A DNA stretch of 47,624 nt from Patescibacteria group bacterium (GTDB lineage: Bacteria > Patescibacteriota > Minisyncoccia > Phycocordibacterales > UBA918): the NCBI GenBank assembly GCA_019752815.1, contig JAIELQ010000005.1, forward strand, positions 1 to 47,624. Reading direction: 5' to 3'. Shown piece by piece: positions 38,796 through 46,306 of this stretch (the first letter of the stretch is position 1; each line of letters begins with the position of its first letter). A program made the position numbers and the translations under genes. A model generated the notes under the pieces. That model searched no databases. It had not been told where the DNA came from and saw only the letters and a list, made by a program, of their open reading frames with translations.

Positions 38796-40199
38796 TTATT
38801 TAGTGACGAACGTAAGAGCCATCCCTTTCTGATCAGCCCGTCCCGTTCGGCCGATGCGGTGCACATAATCTTCGTAGGCATTTGGAAGGTCGTAGTTGAT
38901 AACGTGTGAGACGTTGTCTACGTGAATACCGCGGGCTGCCACGTCGGTTGCTACCAGCACTTGTACGCGACCAGTTTTAAAGTTCTGGAGAGCACGTTGA
39001 CGTTGTGGGTGACTCTTGTTTCCGTGAATCGCGTCGGCTTTGATACCAGCACGAGACAGTTCCTGTGAGAGCTTTTCTACACTGTGCTTCATGGCGCCGA
39101 AGATAATCACGCGAGTAAAGTCAGGTTTTTTAAGAAGGGCAGTGAGCGTGTCGAACTTGGTGTGTGGTTCGTAGTACACCACGTCTTGGGTGATACTGCC
39201 GGTAATATCTTTTTTACGAACTGAAACCGTAATTGGGTCATTCATAAATTCATGAATCAAACCTTTTACCGTGTCAGACATTGTGGCAGAGAAGAATAGA
39301 GTTTCGTGTGGGTCTGGCACGTCTTTCAAAATTGCGCGCATGTCATGGATGAATCCCATGTCGAGCATCCGGTCAGCTTCGTCGAGGATGATAGTTGAGA
39401 ATCCGGCAGGTTTAATGTGACCACGGTCAATCAAGTCTTGCACACGTCCTGGAGTACCAATAATGAAATGGTTCTGACGTTTAAGTCCCATGATTTGAGG
39501 ACGGATGTTCATACCACCTACACAAACGGTTGAAAAGATTTTCATCTTCTCAGTTAACTTTTTAAGTTCTTGTTCAACCTGAATTGCAAGTTCGCGCGTT
39601 GGGGCTAGTACTAATGTCTGTCGATTGTATTGCTTGAGGGTTTTGTTGATAGTTGGGATAAGAAACGCAGCTGTTTTTCCTGTACCAGTTTGTGCGAGTC
39701 CTACAACATCACGACCATCCATTATGTGCGGGATGATTTGATCTTGAATCGGTGATGGAATTGTGAGACCCATGTTGGTAATCGTGGTAACAAGCGGTTG
39801 CTCGAGACCAAAGGTTTTGAAGGTGTGAGTGGCCTTGTACACTTCTTCGGTCGCACTCGTATCTACCGGGTTAAGGTTGATGTATTTTGAAACGTCAAAG
39901 GTTTGCATTTTGCGTCCACCACGTCCGCCGCCAGAACGACCACTTGATCCACGACCACTACCACTTGAAAATGGGCGACGGCCTTGGCGTTGTGCCGGGC
40001 TAGAAAAACTACGTGCATGACCATTACCAGAGCGGTCAGTTGATGGAGCTGAGTATGAACGACGAGCGCCACCCGAGGCACTTTCGCCTCGACTAGCGTT
40101 ACTACTAAAACGACGTGCTCCTCCAGCTGCATGTCCACCAGTGCGGGGACGACTAGAAAAAGCGGGTTTCCGACTAGGTCGGCTTGTTGATGAATACAT
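38796..40199 (-). CDS. DEAD-box RNA helicase (RhlE/CshA-like) with Arg/Gly/Ser-rich N-terminus
   Basis: AQTGTGKT, PTRELA, DEAD, SAT, HRIGRTGR. Confidence 0.97.
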   Translation of the reverse strand: MYSSTSRPSRKPAFSSRPRTGGHAAGGARRFSSNASRGESASGGARRSYSAPSTDRSGNGHARSFSSPAQRQGRRPFSSGSGRGSSGRSGGGRGGRKMQTFDVSKYINLNPVDTSATEEVYKATHTFKTFGLEQPLVTTITNMGLTIPSPIQDQIIPHIMDGRDVVGLAQTGTGKTAAFLIPTINKTLKQYNRQTLVLAPTRELAIQVEQELKKLTEKMKIFSTVCVGGMNIRPQIMGLKRQNHFIIGTPGRVQDLIDRGHIKPAGFSTIILDEADRMLDMGFIHDMRAILKDVPDPHETLFFSATMSDTVKGLIHEFMNDPITVSVRKKDITGSITQDVVYYEPHTKFDTLTALLKKPDFTRVIIFGAMKHSVEKLSQELSRAGIKADAIHGNKSHPQRQRALQNFKTGRVQVLVATDVAARGIHVDNVSHVINYDLPNAYEDYVHRIGRTGRADQKGMALTFVTK

Positions 40200-40222
40200 A
40201 TATTAGAATAATCTCAGTTAGA

Positions 40223-40341
40223 GACCAAGGTAAACGAGGGCAGTTCTAGGCGTGGAAGTTAATTTTTCTTGAGCCGTACTTTTCGTACGGTGAGAAAAAA
40301 TTAACGCACCACAACAACGAAATGCGCCGTTTACGTTGGTC
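40223..40341 (+). repeat. Palindromic element family A, copy 8 (in the DEAD-box 5' leader)
   Basis: CTAGGCG...TGAG-CCGTAC-TTTTC-GTACGG-TGA...CAACAACG within GACCAA/TTGGTC ends. Confidence 0.82.
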
Positions 40342-40449
40342 GAATGTGCAGGTTATAAACCAATCGAAGGGGTAAGGGTGGCAGAGATAGCCACAAAAAA
40401 TCTTCTACTGCCACTCAAGAGCCCTACACGAGAATCTTAAGGTGTTATG

Positions 40450-40478
40450 AGAATAACATATAAACGCTTTTGCGTCAA
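40450..40478 (-). promoter_or_regulatory. sigma70-type promoter of the DEAD-box helicase gene
   Basis: TTGACG-N17-TATTCT with TG extension. Confidence 0.65.
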
Positions 40479-40510
40479 ATAATAGACTGCGTGCTACTAT
40501 TTTATGAATC

Positions 40511-41632
40511 ATGAAAGAAAAATTTTCTTTGAAGGATCACTTGTTTAACAAAGACTCGGTTACGTATCTGGCTGACTTATTTGTAGTGGTTGATGCTACT
40601 TTTAACAAAAAAAAGTTTGTGACTGAGGTAATGGGGAAGTTTCCTGAACTTGAACTCAAAGACCGTATTAATTGGATTACCGAAGTGTTGGCCAAGCATC
40701 TCCCAGCTGACCCCGAGGCAGCAATGAAGCTGATTGTAGCTGCATTGCCACCACCACTTGATCCAACTAAAACCGATGATGATTTTGGGAGATTTATTCT
40801 GGCACCATTGGGCGAATATGTGGTGCGACATGGGTGTAGTAAAAAATATCTCAAACAATCACTTGCAACTCTTAAACAAATCACCATGCGGTTTTCGATG
40901 GAGGATGCGATGCGAACGTTTTTAAATAATTTTCCAACAGAAACATTAGCCGAATACGACAAGTGGGTGAGTGATAAAAATTACCATGTGCGTAGATTAG
41001 TGAGTGAAAGTACGCGGCCGAGTTTGCCGTGGTCGCAGAAAATCGGTATTGATTACCAAGTGCCCGTAACGTACCTCGACAAACTGCATGCTGATACAAC
41101 GCGCTACGTGACACGTTCAGTGGCTAATCATGTAAATGACATAAGCAAAAAAGACGGAGAACTAGTGGTGAGAACTCTCAAACGTTGGCACAAGGAACAG
41201 ACGCAAAATCCTCTGGAGCTCGATTGGCTGACGCGACATGCATTGCGCACCTTGGTGAAAAGGGGAGATGTGCAAGCGCTTGGACTCTTGGGATACAGCG
41301 CACACACAGCGCCGGTAGTTTCAAATTTTGCGGTTCCTAAAAAAGTAAGGGCGGGGGATAGACTCCAATTCTCGTTTGATGTTACGTCGAGCATCTCGCA
41401 AAATTTACTCATTGATTACGTGATTGATTTTGTAAAACTAAATGGCGGCACCAAACCTAAAGTATTTAAAATTAAAAAAGTGAGCGCACTACCACAGGCA
41501 ATAATTTCAGTAGAAAAAAATCACCACCTCAAAGCGGATGCCACCACCTTCAAACTTAATGCTGGCACCCACTCACTCACGATTCAAATAAATGGACAGA
41601 AACTAGCAACAGCACAATTCGAAGTAATTTAG
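40511..41632 (+). CDS. AlkC-type HEAT-repeat DNA alkylation repair glycosylase with C-terminal Ig-like domain
   Basis: HVRRLVSESTRPSLPW, YVTRSVANHVNDISK, beta-rich C-terminus. Confidence 0.85.
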   Translation: MKEKFSLKDHLFNKDSVTYLADLFVVVDATFNKKKFVTEVMGKFPELELKDRINWITEVLAKHLPADPEAAMKLIVAALPPPLDPTKTDDDFGRFILAPLGEYVVRHGCSKKYLKQSLATLKQITMRFSMEDAMRTFLNNFPTETLAEYDKWVSDKNYHVRRLVSESTRPSLPWSQKIGIDYQVPVTYLDKLHADTTRYVTRSVANHVNDISKKDGELVVRTLKRWHKEQTQNPLELDWLTRHALRTLVKRGDVQALGLLGYSAHTAPVVSNFAVPKKVRAGDRLQFSFDVTSSISQNLLIDYVIDFVKLNGGTKPKVFKIKKVSALPQAIISVEKNHHLKADATTFKLNAGTHSLTIQINGQKLATAQFEVI

Positions 41633-41659
41633 AAATTAAATACAGATCGTGCCTTGTCT

Positions 41660-41983
41660 TTAATTAAGTTCAGAGAAGTCGTAGAAAATTTCTTCGAAAT
41701 CGATGATGTAGCCGCGGTCATTTAGTTTGATACCCTCACGTTTGTAGAGTTTTAACCGTGCGGCTTCGTATTCGGGATTCATCCAAACCTTACCACCGGC
41801 GTAGACGATACGGTGCCAGGGAATGACGTTGGGATTGGGAGCTTTACTTAAAATGCCCGTGATACTGCGCGACGCCATAGACCCGCCACCGGCGGCTTTC
41901 GCTATCGCTCCATAGGTTGTTACGCGACCGGGTGGTATCGAAAGTGCAAGGTCGTATACACGCTGACTGAATTCTCGTGCCAT
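41660..41983 (-). CDS. Alkyltransferase-like protein (MGMT/ATL family)
   Basis: IPPGRVTTYGAIA and PWHR (Trp in place of the catalytic Cys of PCHR). Confidence 0.88.
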   Translation of the reverse strand: MAREFSQRVYDLALSIPPGRVTTYGAIAKAAGGGSMASRSITGILSKAPNPNVIPWHRIVYAGGKVWMNPEYEAARLKLYKREGIKLNDRGYIIDFEEIFYDFSELN

Positions 41984-41985
41984 AG

Positions 41986-42552
41986 TTAATTGGTGTCTGG
42001 GGTCGGTAAGGCACCTAAGAATTCAATTAAGTTTTTAATATGGTCATCGAGACTGATATTAAATCCAATAATGGCATTAGTTATGTGTTCACGACTAATG
42101 CCGGGAGCAAATTTTGGTTCATTAAATTTCTTTTTTATGGAACTGACTTTTATCTCACCCCACGGCACCGGATTAAGTTTTTGGTAGGCGTAAAAAATCC
42201 CACATATTTCATCGCACGCCAAGAGAGCATGCGCGAGAGGAGTTTCTGGTTTTTGAGTGAACCCGTTAAATCCAATAGCGTGGGCTTCAACCGCATGAAT
42301 AAGTGACTCGGGGTAACCCCAGAGCTTGAACCAATCCAGTGATGGCCCGGGGTGGAGATTCGGGTGTAGATCATAATCAATGTCGTGGAGGTAGCCCGTC
42401 AACCACCACAGATGCGTGTCCTCGCCTAATTTTTCCGCATAGCCTTCAACTGCTCGTCCGACCATCTCCGCATGAAATCGTTGGTAAGTGTCGGTGACAT
42501 GTTCAGCGAGTAATGCTCGCGCTTCGTCTTTGGTAGGGAGAATAGTTTTCAT
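41986..42552 (-). CDS. HD-domain metal-dependent hydrolase
   Basis: H...GYLHDIDY...H...AH...CDE. Confidence 0.85.
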   Translation of the reverse strand: MKTILPTKDEARALLAEHVTDTYQRFHAEMVGRAVEGYAEKLGEDTHLWWLTGYLHDIDYDLHPNLHPGPSLDWFKLWGYPESLIHAVEAHAIGFNGFTQKPETPLAHALLACDEICGIFYAYQKLNPVPWGEIKVSSIKKKFNEPKFAPGISREHITNAIIGFNISLDDHIKNLIEFLGALPTPDTN

Positions 42553-42667
42553 AATAAAACTAGTATAGCAAAAATTTATTTTAAAACGTAAGGAATGAAA
42601 AAGCGGGCCTAACTCACCAAATTGGAGAGCGGCCCGCGGGGTATCCCAGCTTTCAGGGATTGCTATG

Positions 42668-43183
42668 TTATTTTTCTGGCCTCAGAACTTCGTAGGTCAA
42701 TCCTTTAAGGAGACCAATTTCTTCGGCAGGCCGTCCTCCGCCAAGAGTCTCAAGGAGTCCTCTCGACAAATCGGGACGTCTGGTGACGTGTTCTCCGCCT
42801 CGGTCTTGCACCACAGCCAGTTGGCTGATACCCGTTTTTGGGTTCGTGATACGCAAGACTGTTCCCTTGGGTAGGGAATTATAGGCAACAACGGTCACGT
42901 CACACTCGTGATAGAGAGTGCCTGAAGCCATAGGGTTACGGTTGTGATAACGGCTCGCATAGTAGCTGCCGTCAGCTTTGAACGTCTTGATGGTCTCAAA
43001 ACGCTCTGCTTCCAGATACGGGTGACTAGCAAAGAGCTCTTGGCATTGACTGCCTTTTTTGTGTCCTGCAAAATCACGTTCGTATCCTTGCCCGGGAATG
43101 GGCTTCGCTACCGCACTACTGGCCGCCAGTGCTAGACTGATGGCAACGAGAGTGGTGACGAAATTACTTCGAGATTTGAGCAT
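42668..43183 (-). CDS. Secreted RlpA-like double-psi beta-barrel protein
   Basis: Signal peptide; SYY...MASG...AYNSLPKGTVLRITN...VQDRG...DLSR. SD AAGGAG. Confidence 0.85.
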   Translation of the reverse strand: MLKSRSNFVTTLVAISLALAASSAVAKPIPGQGYERDFAGHKKGSQCQELFASHPYLEAERFETIKTFKADGSYYASRYHNRNPMASGTLYHECDVTVVAYNSLPKGTVLRITNPKTGISQLAVVQDRGGEHVTRRPDLSRGLLETLGGGRPAEEIGLLKGLTYEVLRPEK

Positions 43184-43352
43184 TCTGATGCTCCTTCTGC
43201 TGTTTCAGTTGCTTCTTTGGTCTCTGCTACACTCCTCTCCGAACCCTATGACGACTGAAGTGGGTAAATCTTACCAATTTAATAATATGCTTTAAAATAA
43301 GCTTATCTTGTAACTTTAAAGAGATGTTTATTATCTGTGCTAGGCTATAGGT

Positions 43353-44081
43353 ATGAGACTTATTCTATTTATTTTCATTGTGGTAGTTATCCTGGCAATT
43401 GCCTGGTTTACCGGTACCCTCCGTACCCTTAAAACCATTTGGTTAATTGTGGAGGTGCGGCCGTATGAACAAATGGGTTCGGGTGAAAATCCGGCTACGA
43501 TTTTTGTCCTCGGTGATAGTACCGGGTATGGTACTGGGGCAGGTAAGAAACAATATAGTGTGGCGGGGTTGCTGGGGGCGGATTACCCAAACTATAGGCT
43601 AATTAATAATAGTAAAAACGGTCGCACGATTGGCGAGGCCTTGGCGGAAATTAGAACCTTGCCACAAGACCAAAAACACACCTTGTTGTTACTACAAATT
43701 GGCGGAAATGATATTTTACAAAAACGTGATTTAGATGTTGTGCGCTCGGAATTGGCGCAGCTGTATGAAGAAGCCAAAGAGAGAAGTGAACATGTAGTTA
43801 TGATTAGTAGTGGTAACGTGGGGACAGCCGCTGCATTTACCGGTACTAAAAAAGCAGATGAGTATGAGCGTGTGACGCGCCAGTTCCGACAAATGTTTAT
43901 TGAAGTGGCAACCGAGTCTGCGGTGACGTATGTTGATTTATTTCAAGAGCCGGAGGACGACGCGTTTCTCAAAGAACCAAAAAAGTATTTGGCTATCGAT
44001 GGTCTTCATCCAAGCAGAGAAGGGTATGCGTACTGGTATCAGGTGCTCGCTCCAACACTTATAGAGAAGTTACGTAATTAA
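43353..44081 (+). CDS. SGNH/GDSL hydrolase, membrane anchored
   Basis: LGDSTG, GGND, DGLHP. Confidence 0.92.
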   Translation: MRLILFIFIVVVILAIAWFTGTLRTLKTIWLIVEVRPYEQMGSGENPATIFVLGDSTGYGTGAGKKQYSVAGLLGADYPNYRLINNSKNGRTIGEALAEIRTLPQDQKHTLLLLQIGGNDILQKRDLDVVRSELAQLYEEAKERSEHVVMISSGNVGTAAAFTGTKKADEYERVTRQFRQMFIEVATESAVTYVDLFQEPEDDAFLKEPKKYLAIDGLHPSREGYAYWYQVLAPTLIEKLRN

Positions 44082-44767
44082 AACCAAGTAAATATACCCT
44101 GTATTTTTTGGAGCCACGTTACAGGGTCTGAAGTCAAATCGGCCACTTCACAAGTAAGACCGCAACTTTCTGTTGGAGGAGTACCACGTTCAGGGCAGGT
44201 TCCCGAGTATACACAGGAGAGATCAGTAATGCCTGCTACGTAGTCTGCTATTTTAGGATTAGTAGCGTCTCCATAATAGAGTAAAATTCTATCTTCTTCG
44301 GAAAAGATGTATTCGGTTATGTTAGTTACTCGTTCACCGTTTACAATTAGGAGCAAAGTGTCGTTGTTATTTGTGCAGTATTCTGTGGCTGTGTCCAAAG
44401 TGACGCAATCGTTTGTGAGGGTTATGCCTAACGAATGAAAAAAATCTGTAAGTGTCACACCATCAGCGTGGCGATGAATTACTTCATCATTCCCATCATG
44501 AAAATGCAAAGAAGCATGATGGGTGTGTTCAGGTGACGATTGATATTTTTTATCCGTAAAACGAATTCGTTCGTCACCAAGATACATTCTGAAATCACCA
44601 TGTACGTGCACTTCTTCTGTAGAGCCAGAGCCAATGGGGTGTTGATTAGATTCTGTATGTTTAGAAATTAAAAAATGATATCCAATGGTTACTAATAATC
44701 CAGATATGATAAAACCAGTCAACAACAGCAGATAGAATTTTTTAGTTACAGACATGGTTGTTGGCAT
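44078..44767 (-). CDS. Membrane-anchored His/Cys-rich hypothetical protein
   Basis: TM helix, HVH, HFHD...IHRH, C-terminal Cys cluster. Start set to ATG 44767. Confidence 0.75.
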   Translation of the reverse strand: MPTTMSVTKKFYLLLLTGFIISGLLVTIGYHFLISKHTESNQHPIGSGSTEEVHVHGDFRMYLGDERIRFTDKKYQSSPEHTHHASLHFHDGNDEVIHRHADGVTLTDFFHSLGITLTNDCVTLDTATEYCTNNNDTLLLIVNGERVTNITEYIFSEEDRILLYYGDATNPKIADYVAGITDLSCVYSGTCPERGTPPTESCGLTCEVADLTSDPVTWLQKIQGIFTWF

Positions 44768-44768
44768 T

Positions 44769-45665
44769 TCAAAGTGATTGTACACTAAATTGAGGATTGT
44801 GAATAAAAGTTGTGGGAAGAGTAAACTGGGCTACTTTCAGTGAGTTAGTTAGAGCAAATGCTGACATTTTTTCAGCCGTAGCAAGTAACGTTACGGTTGC
44901 AAATACGTCTGCAGTGACAGCGTCAGACGCAATGATAAAACTAGCATCTGAGCATGTTGATGGCTTGCCGGCTGGTTTCGTATCAATAATATGATGGTAC
45001 TTTATTCCATCAGCAGTCCAGGAACGTTTATGAATAGAGCTAGCAGCAAAACCCTCATGCATGATGGTGGTAGTGCCGAGGTAGGTTTGAGGGTCGGTCG
45101 GATGTTCGAGAAATATAGTGATGGGGGTGCCGTAATTGCTCGTGCCATACATATCACCACCACCATTTATTAAAAAATACCGTAATCCAAATTCACTACG
45201 AAGTCTTGTGGCCAGTAGGTCAATCGCTACACCTTTACCATAGCCACCAATATCAATTAATCCATGACTGAGGCTGATACGTTCATCAGATATCCTAAGT
45301 ACCTCATGAGGGTTTGGAATTTCAAATACACTTCCTTTGGGAGTAAAAGAATAGTCCGCATCGTAGCCATGAGCGATGATAGTTTCGCCAACCATGAGGT
45401 TGTGAATACCATCAGTGCGGTCAAAGTATGATATTCCCATTTGTAGAACTCTGACTAAATCTGGTGGGGGGTTATCAATAAATTTTTGATTATTTAGGAT
45501 GCTTATGTATGAATCAGGTTTAAATCGGGAATATGTATGTTCAAATTCAGAGAGCAAAAACTCGAGGTGGGTGTGAACCGTCTCGAGTGTTGCGTGGGGT
45601 ACTTCATCCCAAATTTCTACCAAAAATTCCGTTCCAAGAGCTTTTATTGGAGGGAGTATGGCCAT
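44769..45665 (-). CDS. apbE: FAD:protein FMN transferase
   Basis: SRFKPDS, IDIGGYGKG, NGGGD, HHIID, ADVFAT. Confidence 0.92.
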   Translation of the reverse strand: MAILPPIKALGTEFLVEIWDEVPHATLETVHTHLEFLLSEFEHTYSRFKPDSYISILNNQKFIDNPPPDLVRVLQMGISYFDRTDGIHNLMVGETIIAHGYDADYSFTPKGSVFEIPNPHEVLRISDERISLSHGLIDIGGYGKGVAIDLLATRLRSEFGLRYFLINGGGDMYGTSNYGTPITIFLEHPTDPQTYLGTTTIMHEGFAASSIHKRSWTADGIKYHHIIDTKPAGKPSTCSDASFIIASDAVTADVFATVTLLATAEKMSAFALTNSLKVAQFTLPTTFIHNPQFSVQSL

Positions 45666-45668
45666 GTT

Positions 45669-46208
45669 TTATGATTGAGCTGAAGACTTTATCTGTGTCA
45701 GAGCCTCGTTGTAGGCGTTTGTGGTGAGCGATGCTCCGCCAATGCGTGAAGCTGAAACATCGGTAAGCTTTTTCCCTATAATTTCAGTTTGTAAGGCGGC
45801 GGTAAATTTACTTTGCCAGTTAGTTGATGTTGGATGTGTATCTCCTGAAAATGTTACAGTAGTGGCTGTAATGACATCATTAGTCAGGGTAACTGATGTG
45901 GTGACAGTGTGAACTGAACGACTGGGCGCTATGTAGGTAGTTACTTCAGAGTATGTTCCATTTTGGTACTCCATACTTGAATCAGCTGGTGCTGAAATTG
46001 GAGTTGGCTCAGTTGGCGTAGGTGTCGTAATTTCTGGCTCGCTCACTACAGAAGTAGGGGGAGTTTGTTCTACTGCAGGACTAGATTCCTCAGTACGTGT
46101 TATTGGCGTTACTGGTTCAGCTGTGGAGTCATTGGGGCGGGAGATAACTAAAAAACCGCCTACTCCTAGTATTGCAATGAGTCCAGCGACAATTAAAATC
46201 AAAGGCAT
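45669..46208 (-). CDS. Membrane-anchored FMN-binding (flavinylated) domain protein
   Basis: N-terminal TM helix, Pro/Thr linker, YQNGTY, C-terminal GGASLTT flavinylation-type motif. Adjacent to apbE. Confidence 0.85.
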   Translation of the reverse strand: MPLILIVAGLIAILGVGGFLVISRPNDSTAEPVTPITRTEESSPAVEQTPPTSVVSEPEITTPTPTEPTPISAPADSSMEYQNGTYSEVTTYIAPSRSVHTVTTSVTLTNDVITATTVTFSGDTHPTSTNWQSKFTAALQTEIIGKKLTDVSASRIGGASLTTNAYNEALTQIKSSAQS

Positions 46209-46306
46209 AAAACGTTACTTATTGTATAAATGAGTTAAGTATAACGTACTAATTCATTTTTTCGAATACTACATATTCTGGTATACTGTGAAGGTAAAAT
46301 ATCTTC

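Noticed and set aside
6927-40341. Family A repeats as a CRISPR array, tRNAs or simple terminators
   Set aside because: Copies are dispersed and divergent with no repeat-spacer periodicity or cas genes. There is no cloverleaf or T-loop consensus and no U tail, and separate true terminators follow several copies.
43184-43265. Possible riboswitch (for example c-di-AMP) in the leader of the RlpA-like gene
   Set aside because: The purine-rich leader has no recognisable ydaO or other riboswitch consensus by eye. An Rfam scan would settle it.
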